Of a DNA stretch of 64,000 nt, positions 41,944 to 51,537 are shown in pieces (within the stretch, counting starts at the first letter, position 1; the number at the start of each line of letters is the position of its first letter). The notes below the pieces were generated by a model. The model did no database searches. It saw only the letters and a program-made list of their open reading frames with translations, and was not told the DNA's origin. The translations under genes and the position numbers were made by a program. Where the stretch lies: assembly GCA_016715425.1 (NCBI GenBank), contig JADKAC010000005.1:832798-896797 (forward strand). Direction: 5' to 3'. This DNA is from Bacteroidota bacterium (GTDB lineage: Bacteria > Bacteroidota > Bacteroidia > Chitinophagales > BACL12).

Positions 41944-42351
41944 TTATTTCGCTTTCATTTTATTTCCCCGTGCATCATGAGTTACTTCTGCAAGACCGAG
42001 TGCTTCCATCAAGGGTGGAATATACATTCCAAAACGACCACGAAAACCTTTCTTTAAACCATACCAACCACCAGTCGGATTTTTATCTGATCGACCCCAT
42101 GCTTCCACTGTATTATCCTTCGCAGATTTTTGTTCATCAACACTTCCAAGTTCCATCCAGTCACCATGTTTTTTAAGCATCGTATGCAAGTCGTCCAAAC
42201 AGTTAATGTTATAATGTAAAATGGTTTTCCCAACAGTGCAAACCAAAATTTCTTTCCCATCTTTTTCTTCTACATGCATAGTGTATTCGCTGCTTAATGG
42301 TGGTGTTTTCAGCACCATTGGTTTTTCTTTTGTTCCTATTTTGTACGACAT
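41944..42351 (-). CDS. hypothetical protein
   Basis: 135-aa ORF with a conserved-looking C-terminus, GFRGRFGMYIPPLMEALGLAEVTH. I cannot name the family. Confidence 0.4.
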   Translation of the reverse strand: MSYKIGTKEKPMVLKTPPLSSEYTMHVEEKDGKEILVCTVGKTILHYNINCLDDLHTMLKKHGDWMELGSVDEQKSAKDNTVEAWGRSDKNPTGGWYGLKKGFRGRFGMYIPPLMEALGLAEVTHDARGNKMKAK

Positions 42352-42538
42352 AATGTTGAGTTTTATTTCTGTGTGAAGATAATTAATAGGTTCTTAAATT
42401 ATGAGTTGTTATTTATATTTTTATAAATTAAATAAATAGGAGATAATATATTTTTTTTTAAACACCTGGTTTATTAACCAAACTTTATAAATGCTTTTTT
42501 ATCAAATTATTAATTTTCACAATGGCTAAAAGTATTTT

Positions 42539-43030
42539 CTATTTCAGTTTCCATTTCTCGACAATTTTTGCATTGAATCCATCTTTATCTTTCGGATTGG
42601 GATGCCCTATTCCAGTTTCAATATAGTCTTTCAAACTTTTCTCAATATAATTCGTCCAACTTTCTTTACAAATTTCAAAACATTCATATTGAGGAGTTAA
42701 TCCTTGGTGTGTAAATAGTATTCGGGTTTGTTCACCTTCTGGTTGAATTTCAAAAATTAATAAAGTATTTGTCCATTCTGTTTTGTCATTAGTAAAATTG
42801 AAATGATTATCTAAAATTAAATAGATCAATTTTTTATTAGGTGAATTTTCTATAAGTTGTATGTTACATAAATGCACATCTTTATAATGATAAAAGAATT
42901 TTTCATTCAGTTGATCTGTATTCCCTTCTATGTCTTCAGACCACCATTGTTTAAAATTTTTAATATATAGATAAACTGAATTTGCATCTTTATTTACAAG
43001 AATATTAGTAGTGAAATTTTCTGAGTTCAT
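42539..43030 (-). CDS. SRPBCC-superfamily protein (putative)
   Basis: Size (163 aa) and pattern (VYLYIKNFKQWWSEDIEG...) resemble AHSA1/START-like proteins. Confidence 0.45.
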   Translation of the reverse strand: MNSENFTTNILVNKDANSVYLYIKNFKQWWSEDIEGNTDQLNEKFFYHYKDVHLCNIQLIENSPNKKLIYLILDNHFNFTNDKTEWTNTLLIFEIQPEGEQTRILFTHQGLTPQYECFEICKESWTNYIEKSLKDYIETGIGHPNPKDKDGFNAKIVEKWKLK

Positions 43031-43252
43031 GCTAAAAATTTTAAGAGTTATTGAAAATTGATTTTTTTATTAATGATATTTCTCTGCGAAAATACTATAC
43101 GGATTAATGAGTTTATTATTTATTAAAAATTTAAAATACCCTTACCAATACATAATAGGATGTTGTTAAACTATTTTAATACTTAATTCATTAATATTAC
43201 CAGATTCATAATAAAAAAGAATCTATTAATTAATTTATAATAATTACCAAAT

Positions 43253-44005
43253 ATGGAAAATCAAATACAACAAGAAGAATTGGATATGCGGGTGTTAATC
43301 CCAATTGAAAGACATAAAAAGTTGATACAGCTTTTTAAAGAATTACCAGTAGATGCAAATTTTATTTTCATCAACGATCATGATCCTATTCCGCTCTACT
43401 ATGAGTTTCGTTCGATTTACGGAGATGTGGTTGGATGGGAATATTTGAATCGTGGTGGGAGAGAATGGAAGGTGAGAGTTACCCGCACAGAAGCATCTCA
43501 AGGCAGAGAATTTACGGATATATCTACTTTACTCGATTTGCGCAAAGCAAAGAAAGAGGAATGGAAACAAATTGTATTTCATCGCTATGGAATGATGGAG
43601 CAAGGCGATACTATGGAAATAATTGCTGCTGAAGATCCGAAAGAAATTCATGGAATATTTGTGATGAAATTTGAAGGACAACATTCCTGGATTTATAAAA
43701 AGCAGGAAGACGGTGAATATGTTATTCATATTTCTAAAAAAGTGAAAAGTGGTTTGGGTGATGATGGTTTTTCAGTGGTGAATGAATTTGATTTGCGTCC
43801 TTATCCGCCAACTGAACGTCATGAAATGTTTTATAAAGCTTTTGCGGATATTAAAGTAGGTGAAGCTTTTGAATTTATTAATGATCATGATCCTAAGCCA
43901 TTGTATTATCAAATGGAAGCCGAAAGTGAAGAGCCTTTTAAATGGGAATATTTAGAAAAAGGTCCCGACGAATGGAAGGTGAGGGTGATTAAAGTAAAAG
44001 CATAA
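43253..44005 (+). CDS. protein with two DUF2249 domains
   Basis: Internal duplication: FIFINDHDPIPLYYEF...WEYLNRGGREWKVRV and FEFINDHDPKPLYYQM...WEYLEKGPDEWKVRV. Confidence 0.65.
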   Translation: MENQIQQEELDMRVLIPIERHKKLIQLFKELPVDANFIFINDHDPIPLYYEFRSIYGDVVGWEYLNRGGREWKVRVTRTEASQGREFTDISTLLDLRKAKKEEWKQIVFHRYGMMEQGDTMEIIAAEDPKEIHGIFVMKFEGQHSWIYKKQEDGEYVIHISKKVKSGLGDDGFSVVNEFDLRPYPPTERHEMFYKAFADIKVGEAFEFINDHDPKPLYYQMEAESEEPFKWEYLEKGPDEWKVRVIKVKA

Positions 44006-44013
44006 TATATTTA

Positions 44014-44041
44014 GGGAGCTATAATGAGCTCCCTTTTTTTA
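44014..44041. terminator. hairpin terminator between convergent genes (T-run present only on the plus strand)
   Basis: GGGAGCT (44014-44020) / AGCTCCC (44027-44033) with a 6-nt loop, followed by T7 on the plus strand. Confidence 0.65.
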
Positions 44042-44069
44042 TTCATGTTTATAATATTCTATCAGATTT

Positions 44070-44588
44070 TTATTCGAGAGTGTTCCCAATAATTTCATCA
44101 TAATTATAACCTGCTCTTTCCAATGCACGCTTAGCAGATTCTAATGCAATAGGTGCCGGATTTGGTGGATGCACAGGCACATCTTCTGTAAGTGCAAGTT
44201 GATTTAATATCTCTTGCGTTTGCCCTTGCGTTAATGCTTCACATACATTATATAATCCACCCGGTTCTTCTTCTGCTAAATCATGTTTTTCTAAAACATA
44301 ACATATTGCTTTTATCAAGGACATCGTTGGCGGTGGAACCATTAATGCGGTGAGTGCGCCATGCTCAAGTCGAAATCGTGGAATTATTTCTTTCATCACT
44401 GAATCATCTACACTTTTTGCAGCGGGGAAAAGTGTTTTCTCTTCCATCTTAATATGCGTCAATAATTTTATTCGGAATTGAAGATAATAGTCCATATTTA
44501 TTTCACCGGATTTTTCAATTGCTTTATTCAATAAATTATCAATACGATGATGATCTTCTGTAAAAAATTGATATAATGGTTTGTTCAT
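44070..44588 (-). CDS. hemerythrin-like (HHE cation-binding) domain protein
   Basis: FTEDHHRIDNLL ... HIKMEEKTLFPA ... LEHGAL pattern. Convergent with the DUF2249 gene, a pairing I recall as common. Confidence 0.55.
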   Translation of the reverse strand: MNKPLYQFFTEDHHRIDNLLNKAIEKSGEINMDYYLQFRIKLLTHIKMEEKTLFPAAKSVDDSVMKEIIPRFRLEHGALTALMVPPPTMSLIKAICYVLEKHDLAEEEPGGLYNVCEALTQGQTQEILNQLALTEDVPVHPPNPAPIALESAKRALERAGYNYDEIIGNTLE

Positions 44589-44651
44589 AATTTTAAAATG
44601 TGCTTTACTAATTCACGAATTATAATTTCGTGATTGAATATTTATTTTCTG

Positions 44652-45284
44652 TTAATTAACTCTGATATACCAATGCGCCTGAATTAAATTTGCTAAATCA
44701 ATTCCCGGATATTCCACACGACCACCATTTTGAGAATTTTCTTCATTTGGCCATGGATCCCTTACAACAATGGATTGAATCATCGGACCATAATCTGTTT
44801 CTAAATAACTGCAAGCAGTAATTACAACAGCATGACCTGAATTCGGACTCGATTGATAGCCAATTAAAACAGGATGTTGATTCGCAAGTTCTTCGATTAA
44901 ATAGGATGGAGTAGGAGCCCCAAAATTTAATGTTGCATATACTTCATACTGCCTTCCGTTATTGTCAACATTCCAATTATTTAAGTTGGCAGTTATCACT
45001 TCAAAGTTTCCGGTCCAGTTTGGTAAATTTCCATAAGGATCAGAACCATAACTTCTTTCTACAATTTGTTCTTGAGTGATGTTGATACCGTAATAATTAA
45101 ATATCATTTGTAATGATGCAGCCCAGCACCAATTAGAATTTCGCTGACTGGATGCATAGTAATTAAAATTTTCACTGAGAATTCCAACATAGGTAGCTTC
45201 TTGCGTGTAAGATTGTTGTGCAAAAATTTGTTGACCTATACTCACTGATAGCAATAGTAGAAAAGTCAATTTTAATTTTTTCAT
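44652..45284 (-). CDS. secreted papain-like (C39-like) cysteine peptidase
   Basis: Signal peptide, nucleophile context NSNWCWAASLQMIFNYYG, and His context SGHAVVITA. Confidence 0.55.
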   Translation of the reverse strand: MKKLKLTFLLLLSVSIGQQIFAQQSYTQEATYVGILSENFNYYASSQRNSNWCWAASLQMIFNYYGINITQEQIVERSYGSDPYGNLPNWTGNFEVITANLNNWNVDNNGRQYEVYATLNFGAPTPSYLIEELANQHPVLIGYQSSPNSGHAVVITACSYLETDYGPMIQSIVVRDPWPNEENSQNGGRVEYPGIDLANLIQAHWYIRVN

Positions 45285-45445
45285 GATGCTTATTTTAATT
45301 ATTTAATATGCGATAAGTGTAATCACTAATTTTTAATTTGATTATAAAATACTCTTTAATTCATTCGTATTATTTATCTAAGTTACAGTAAAGATGTTTT
45401 CTTTTTTAATTTGATAGTAATGCAATTTTATTTTTATACTTTCTT

Positions 45446-48139
45446 CTATAACCACTGATTAAATTTTCGGATATACCAATTTTTCATATACTGAATTAAT
45501 AAACAATATGCAGTTAGAATTCCTATTAACCAAGGGAAATATGCAAGTGGCAAAGGCTGCATAAATAGAATTTCCGCTAAAGGTGTAAATGGAATTATTA
45601 TTCCGATAATCATTATTAAAGAAGTGAGTGCAATTACTGGTGCTGATGCCCAACTTTGAATAAATGGAATTTTCTTTGTGCGTATCATATGGACGATTAA
45701 TGTTTGAGAAAGCAAGCCTTCTACGAACCAACCGGTTTGAAATAAACTTTGATGTTCCGGATTGTTGGCTTTAAAAATAAAGAACATCACTGCAAATAAA
45801 ATGTAATCGAAAATGGAACTTGTTGGTCCTATATAAATCATAAATTTGCGAATGCCGGAAGCATCCCATTTTTTAGGTTTTTCTAAATAGTCTGTATCCA
45901 TTTTATCCCAGGGAATAGAAGTTTGAGAAACACTGTATAACAGATTTTGTACAAGAATCTGAATTGGTAACATTGGTAAAAAAGGTAAGAATGCACTTGC
46001 ACCAAGAATACTAAATACATTTCCGAAATTGCTGCTTGTAGCCATCTTAATATATTTAATAATATTTCCAAAAGTTTGACGTCCGTATTCAACACCTTTT
46101 TTAAGTACCATCAAATCTTTTTCAAGCAAAATAATATCAGAACTTTCTTTTGCAATGTCCACTGCTGTATCAACAGTAATTCCAACATCGGCCTCTTTTA
46201 ATGCAGGCGCATCATTAATGCCATCACCCAAAAATCCTACAGTGTGTCCTTTTGCTTTTAAGGATTTTACAATACGCACTTTTTGTAAGGGGCTCATCTT
46301 TGCAAATATGGAAATATCATCCACTCGTGCAGTTAATTCTTCATCAGAAATTAAATCCAATTCATCCCCCAGAATTATATTTTGAATTGGAATTCCAACA
46401 TCAGTACAAATCTTTTTTGTAACAGTATCATTATCACCAGTCAATACTTTTACCGGGACATTTAATTTGCGTAATGCGGCTATACTTGGTTTTGCCGATG
46501 GTTTTGCAGGATCAAGAAACCCAATAAATCCTGTGAAGATTAAATTACTTTCATCAGCCACTCCATAATTGAGAGGATGATCGCCATCAAATTCACGAAT
46601 AGCAAGCAGTAAAATACGCAGACCTTTTTCATTGAGCTTATTTGCAGTTTCCAAAACACCTGCCCGCATTTCTGAAGTTATTTGTATTATTTCATCTCGC
46701 TTAATATGCAGTTGCCTGTCTTCACCCGGATTAAAACTATGTGTGCATAGAGATAACATTTCTTCCACAGCACCTTTACAGATTAACAGATGTGTATTGT
46801 TTTTTTGTTTAAGGATAATACTCATTCTTCTGCGTTGAAAATCAAAAGGAATTTCATCTACTTTTTGGTAGTATTCTTTCACCTTTAAATAATCATTCAA
46901 CTCCACATGTTCCAACACCGCTTTATCCATTAAATTAACCAAACCTGTTTGATGATAACTATTCAGATATGCCCATTTTAATACTTCATCATCTTCTACA
47001 CCAAATACATTTAAGTGTTGTTCCAAAACAATTTTATCCAGAGTAAGTGTACCTGTTTTATCGGTGCAAAGCATATCCATTGCACCAATATTTTGAATGG
47101 CATTTAAGCGCTTCACAATCACTTTCTGTTTGCTCATGCTTAACGCACCTTTGGCAAGATTGGCAGTTACAATTACGGGTAACATTTCCGGTGTTAACCC
47201 AACAGCAACTGCAATTGAAAAAAGCAATGCTTCCATCCAATCTCCTTTTACCAATCCATTAACCAGAAAAATAACGGGCACCATAATTAGCATAAACCGA
47301 ATAAGTAAAGTACTTACTTTATTAATGCCGAGATCAAAACTAGTTGCCGGATTTTCACCAACTAAACTTCTGCCAATGCTTCCGAAATATGTACTAGAAC
47401 CTGTAGTAATAACCACCGCCGTTGCTGCGCCACTCTCAACAGTTGTTCCCATAAAACATAAATTATTTAATTCTATTACTGGTTTATTTCCAATTTCAGA
47501 AATTGCATTTGCACTTTTTTCGATGGGTAATGATTCACCTGTTAACATGGACTGACCAATAAATAAATCAATACTTTGCACTATGCGACAATCAGCAGGA
47601 ATCATATCACCCGCAGATAAATACACTATATCACCCGGCACCAGCATCTTCATATCCAACTCATTTCTACCGACATATTTTCGAAGAACAGCAGCGGTTG
47701 TTTTTACCATGTTTTTTAATTGTTCTGCAGCACGATTACTTCTGTATTCCTGAAAGAAACTAAGTAACCCACTTATCAAAACCATTATGGAAATAACAAG
47801 AACAGTTTTATAATCTTTTTCGCCCTGCACTACCAACCATACATCCATGATATATGAAATGATTACGATAGAAAGCAGGATTAAAATAAATGGATTGACA
47901 AATGATTTTATTAATTGTTTCACCCACGAAGGAGAGCGATCATAATCCACTTCATTTAAACCAAATTTCAAGATGCGATCTTCTGCTTCCTCTTGCGATA
48001 AACCCTTCTCATCACTCTCCATCAAATCATACACAGCAGGGGAATCCATACTTGCTGCATTGCGCAAAAATTCAATATCGGCTGAACTCATTCCCAATCG
48101 CTGTGATTTTGAAATGGTTTTAAAGGAGGTTTTTTTCAT
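45446..48139 (-). CDS. mgtA: magnesium-translocating P-type ATPase
   Basis: 897 aa with DKTGTLT, TGES, TGDN and GDGINDAPALK motifs. The overall layout and N-terminus are typical of MgtA/MgtB. Confidence 0.85.
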   Translation of the reverse strand: MKKTSFKTISKSQRLGMSSADIEFLRNAASMDSPAVYDLMESDEKGLSQEEAEDRILKFGLNEVDYDRSPSWVKQLIKSFVNPFILILLSIVIISYIMDVWLVVQGEKDYKTVLVISIMVLISGLLSFFQEYRSNRAAEQLKNMVKTTAAVLRKYVGRNELDMKMLVPGDIVYLSAGDMIPADCRIVQSIDLFIGQSMLTGESLPIEKSANAISEIGNKPVIELNNLCFMGTTVESGAATAVVITTGSSTYFGSIGRSLVGENPATSFDLGINKVSTLLIRFMLIMVPVIFLVNGLVKGDWMEALLFSIAVAVGLTPEMLPVIVTANLAKGALSMSKQKVIVKRLNAIQNIGAMDMLCTDKTGTLTLDKIVLEQHLNVFGVEDDEVLKWAYLNSYHQTGLVNLMDKAVLEHVELNDYLKVKEYYQKVDEIPFDFQRRRMSIILKQKNNTHLLICKGAVEEMLSLCTHSFNPGEDRQLHIKRDEIIQITSEMRAGVLETANKLNEKGLRILLLAIREFDGDHPLNYGVADESNLIFTGFIGFLDPAKPSAKPSIAALRKLNVPVKVLTGDNDTVTKKICTDVGIPIQNIILGDELDLISDEELTARVDDISIFAKMSPLQKVRIVKSLKAKGHTVGFLGDGINDAPALKEADVGITVDTAVDIAKESSDIILLEKDLMVLKKGVEYGRQTFGNIIKYIKMATSSNFGNVFSILGASAFLPFLPMLPIQILVQNLLYSVSQTSIPWDKMDTDYLEKPKKWDASGIRKFMIYIGPTSSIFDYILFAVMFFIFKANNPEHQSLFQTGWFVEGLLSQTLIVHMIRTKKIPFIQSWASAPVIALTSLIMIIGIIIPFTPLAEILFMQPLPLAYFPWLIGILTAYCLLIQYMKNWYIRKFNQWL

Positions 48140-48247
48140 ACTGAGAATCTATGTTTGCGATAATACAAAACTTCCATCTCAATATTATGAGTATTTCATA
48201 ATTCAGTGGGAAGAAGTAATTATATCACTTTGTAATACACAAATAAA

Positions 48248-48637
48248 TTAATTTGTCTGCGTACTCACCGACCAATAATTGCCGGCAAAATCATAGAAGG
48301 AACCACGGGTATCCGGATCACCTTCTCTATTAACAGGCTTGTCAATTATTTTACAACCATTTTCAATTGCATTAGCAAATGTTTTAAAAACATCAGGAAC
48401 ATAAAAATGCAACATTGTTTTATTTGCTGCATAATTATCAGTGCTATCACTAATCATAATTACAGAATCATCCAACTGCAATTCAGCATGCATAATTTTT
48501 CCGTTTTCACTATCATATCTACGAAGTTCTTTCGCATCAAAAATGATCTTTAATAAATCAATGAATTTTTGTGCATCATCTATTATCAAATATGGCGAAA
48601 GTGAATTGTAGTTGGCGGGTTTGTATGGTTTGTTCAT
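48248..48637 (-). CDS. VOC (glyoxalase/bleomycin-resistance/dioxygenase) family protein
   Basis: 129 aa. The pattern is consistent with PhnB-like VOC proteins (HAELQLDDSVIMISD ... GDPDTRGSFYDFAGNYW). Confidence 0.6.
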   Translation of the reverse strand: MNKPYKPANYNSLSPYLIIDDAQKFIDLLKIIFDAKELRRYDSENGKIMHAELQLDDSVIMISDSTDNYAANKTMLHFYVPDVFKTFANAIENGCKIIDKPVNREGDPDTRGSFYDFAGNYWSVSTQTN

Positions 48638-48850
48638 AGTAGTTTGGTTATAGGATGAATCAGTTTAATTATAATACTAAAATAAATATTTTTTATAAAT
48701 TAGCGATGTTTCAAATTGTTTTTTCACTTTAAAATCAATTAAGCAGCGAAAAATTATCACACCTATAAAAGTTGTATTAACGCATGTTTAAATTGCGTTG
48801 CTATTTGTACTCATTGTGCATCTTCTTGCACACAGGAAGAGGATGTAAAG

Positions 48851-49078
48851 ATGATGGCAAAATGTATTCGGTTGTATTTGGAATGTATTGCGATTTGTAA
48901 TGCCACTGCGCAATTAATGAGTATAGGAAGTAGTAAGGCAAAAGAGATTTGTGCTATTTGTGCAGACATTTGTAATGCGTTTGCTGAAGAATACAGCAAA
49001 CATAAAACAGAACATTGTCAGGAAGGTGCAACACCATGTAAGGCTTGTGCTACCGAATGTTTTAAGATGGCCGTTTAA
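48851..49078 (+). CDS. four-helix-bundle Cys-rich copper-binding protein (DUF326-like), apparently lacking a canonical start
   Basis: Has the CxxxC-rich repeat pattern. The conserved sequence continues upstream in frame (KSCINACLNCVAICTHCASSCTQEEDVK) to a stop at 48740-48742, with no ATG/GTG/TTG in that stretch. Confidence 0.55.
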   Translation: MMAKCIRLYLECIAICNATAQLMSIGSSKAKEICAICADICNAFAEEYSKHKTEHCQEGATPCKACATECFKMAV

Positions 49079-49142
49079 TTAATAATTCTAAAATAAAAAT
49101 GATGCAATCAAAATTTATATTGACCGCATCATTTATTATTAT

Positions 49143-49694
49143 TTATATATTTAAATTCCCTTCGATAGAATCATCCAAAGTTTTACCCATTATCGCACCC
49201 GCAGCAATTTTCAACATTGCAATGGCATTTCCATGTTTATTGTCCCAATAATAACCATCCTCTGCAGTAACTTTAATAACAGTAATTCTTGGATCATCAA
49301 TTCCTTCTGTAAACCAAGTTTTAATCAATGGATTCCATAGCTCTTTTATTAAATTTTTATCAGTAGAAATTGTGGCTTTGCCATAAATACTCAAAAAGTC
49401 AGAATAAGAAGAACCCTGAAAGAGTAATTGTACTTTAGGATCAATGTTTATGTCTAAATTCTTATGACTGTCATTAGCACTCAAGAACCACAAATTTCCA
49501 TTATCATCCACTTTTTGTACTGCCATAGGTCTAACAGTTACAGATTTTCCGGTGGTAATTCCGGTGCAGAAAAAGCAAGTATTATTATCTGCCAGTTCTT
49601 TTATTTTTTCAGCAGCTTTTTTACCATGAAGGTCTTCATGATTTTCTTCTTGTTGATTTTTGTTGATGCTATCCATATTGTTTTTTTTAAGCAA
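49143..49694 (-). CDS. pyridoxamine 5'-phosphate oxidase-like FMN-binding protein (general stress protein 26 type)
   Basis: ...GNLWFLSANDSHKNLDINIDPKVQLLFQ...FLSIYGKATISTDKNLIKELWNPLIKTWFTEGIDDPRITVIKV...GYYWD. Confidence 0.7.
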   Translation of the reverse strand: MLKKNNMDSINKNQQEENHEDLHGKKAAEKIKELADNNTCFFCTGITTGKSVTVRPMAVQKVDDNGNLWFLSANDSHKNLDINIDPKVQLLFQGSSYSDFLSIYGKATISTDKNLIKELWNPLIKTWFTEGIDDPRITVIKVTAEDGYYWDNKHGNAIAMLKIAAGAIMGKTLDDSIEGNLNI

Positions 49695-49776
49695 ATATCA
49701 ACAGGCTGGTTAAAAAAAAGTTTTTAGGGATTTATGTGATGATTGAATTTATGTATCAGTTTATAAGGATTTAATC

Positions 49777-50040
49777 TTAAGTTTTAAAAATTTTATCAAC
49801 TGTAATAATTCTATATGTATTTTGATTTATAGTTATTTTAATATTGTTAGCATTATTCATTACATAGATGTTTTTACCTATTCTCTGGAAAAAATCTATT
49901 TGAGTTTCTTCAATTATTGCAGAGAGCATTTTTTCAATTTCAGATTTTGAATATCTACAATTCAATTTTTTATTAATTCTTTCATAAACGAATTCAGTGT
50001 AACAAAGCTTGTTTAAAATTTCAGTTTTATCAATGAACAT
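49777..50040 (-). CDS. small hypothetical protein (DUF3781-like)
   Basis: 87 aa. The C-terminal IGKNIYVMN..NIKITINQNTYRIITVDK resembles my memory of the DUF3781 pattern. Confidence 0.35.
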   Translation of the reverse strand: MFIDKTEILNKLCYTEFVYERINKKLNCRYSKSEIEKMLSAIIEETQIDFFQRIGKNIYVMNNANNIKITINQNTYRIITVDKIFKT

Positions 50041-50395
50041 TTTATGATTTGAATTTGCAAGTGGGTTTTTTAAACTTGATAAAAATGATAGTGAAAAAAA
50101 ATCAAATTTATAGTTTAAAATTAGAGGATGAGTTGAGAATTTGAATTTTACTTCTAAGATATATTCATTAAAAACTCTTTCTATAGATTGAAATAATCCA
50201 ATTTTATCGTTTTACAAAAAGGTTGGAAGTATTAATACTAAAATATGTGGCCAATCAAGAACAAGCCCTTTCAAGCTTTGATACACAATCCATCTTTTTA
50301 CTCTATAGAAATATTTTTTCATGTTGAATAAATTCTTTCTATCTTACCTCGCTATTTTTAATATATGTTAATTATACTTAATTAATTAAACCAAG

Positions 50396-51139
50396 ATGAT
50401 CTCCACATTAATTATTGAAAATGACAATAACTCTAGCAATACATTAGAGAGTTTACTTTGTGAAAGCTGTCCTCTAGTTTCCATAGTTGGCACAACCAAT
50501 AACTATACTGACGCAATTAATTGTATAGAAAAAATACATCCAGATTTAGTGTTTCTTGATGTAGATATGCCTCATCTTAAAGGGTTAGAAACCTTTAATC
50601 ATTATTATCCTTCTGCTTTCGAAATAATAGTGACTTCCAATTCGGAAAAATTTGCAATTCAAGCATTAAATTGCTGTGCTTCCGGGTATCTGCTTAAACC
50701 TATAAAACTGAAAAAGCTTATTACTTCAGTAAATTATGCAACTCAGAGAATACAAGATAAAAAAGTTAATAAGCAAAATAACGTAACGGACAATAACGCA
50801 TTGAAGAAATTTGTACTGCAAGAAATAATTGGAATACCAACAATTGAAGGTTACGAATACATTCCTGTTAAGGACATCATACGCTGCGAAGGAATGCAAA
50901 AATATACCCGTGTCATTACGGTTGACAAAACAGATCTGATAAGCTCTTATAATTTAGGTGAATTTATAAAACGATTGGATTGCCATGGTTTTTATTCACC
51001 CCATAAATCCCATCTTATTAATTTAAAAATGGTACGTAAGTATCACAACGAAGGAAATGTGCTTATGCTGAATGGTTCTTGGGTGCCTGTTGCCAAAAGA
51101 AGGAAAAAGGAATTTCTTGGCCAAATCGAACATCTTTAA
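50396..51139 (+). CDS. LytTR-family response regulator (orphan; no adjacent kinase gene)
   Basis: Receiver domain (DLVFLDVDMP, IIVTSNS, YLLKP) plus a LytTR DNA-binding domain (IPVKDIIRCEGMQKYTRVIT...SHLINLKMV). Confidence 0.8.
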   Translation: MISTLIIENDNNSSNTLESLLCESCPLVSIVGTTNNYTDAINCIEKIHPDLVFLDVDMPHLKGLETFNHYYPSAFEIIVTSNSEKFAIQALNCCASGYLLKPIKLKKLITSVNYATQRIQDKKVNKQNNVTDNNALKKFVLQEIIGIPTIEGYEYIPVKDIIRCEGMQKYTRVITVDKTDLISSYNLGEFIKRLDCHGFYSPHKSHLINLKMVRKYHNEGNVLMLNGSWVPVAKRRKKEFLGQIEHL

Positions 51140-51537
51140 TTCCCGTTAATTCCTAAATTCAAATCTTTCGTTCCGTATAATCTCCCATTAGTCTAATAAG
51201 GCTTGTAAACCATCTTTGGGATTTATAATCTTTACCTGATCTTTTATTAAAAAAGTTTAGAATTCATTTACTCTGATGTTAATTAAAGACAAATAATTGA
51301 AACAATCTCAAAGAAATCAATTCCAATAGGATTAAGATTAAAGTTGGGCAAACTAATGTAAAGTTGTAATGTGAAAAAGAAAAAATAAATTGATTTTCCT
51401 TTCTGCTTTATTTTTTGAGAAGAAAAGATCGGGTTGGGACTGAAGGGGCGAAGCTATATCACAATAAGTTACTGCCTAACAAATACATTTCTAACTATTC
51501 AAACATAAAATTCTTAATTATTCTAAAGAGGTAAATT

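Noticed and set aside
43253-44588. The tandem-DUF2249 protein convergent with a hemerythrin-domain protein as a novel system.
   Set aside because: As I recall, this pairing is common, and both genes look intact and ordinary. There is no additional unexplained structure.
48140-48247. A possible Mg-sensing leader or riboswitch upstream of mgtA.
   Set aside because: Only about 108 nt of AT-rich sequence is available. It has no evident conserved helices or M-box-like features that I can recognise by eye.
50212-50322. A 36-aa minus-strand ORF (MKKYFYRVKRWIVYQSLKGLVLDWPHILVLILPTFL) in the gap before the LytTR regulator gene.
   Set aside because: It is too short and featureless to support as a gene. 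It could be a gene fragment, but there is no evidence either way.
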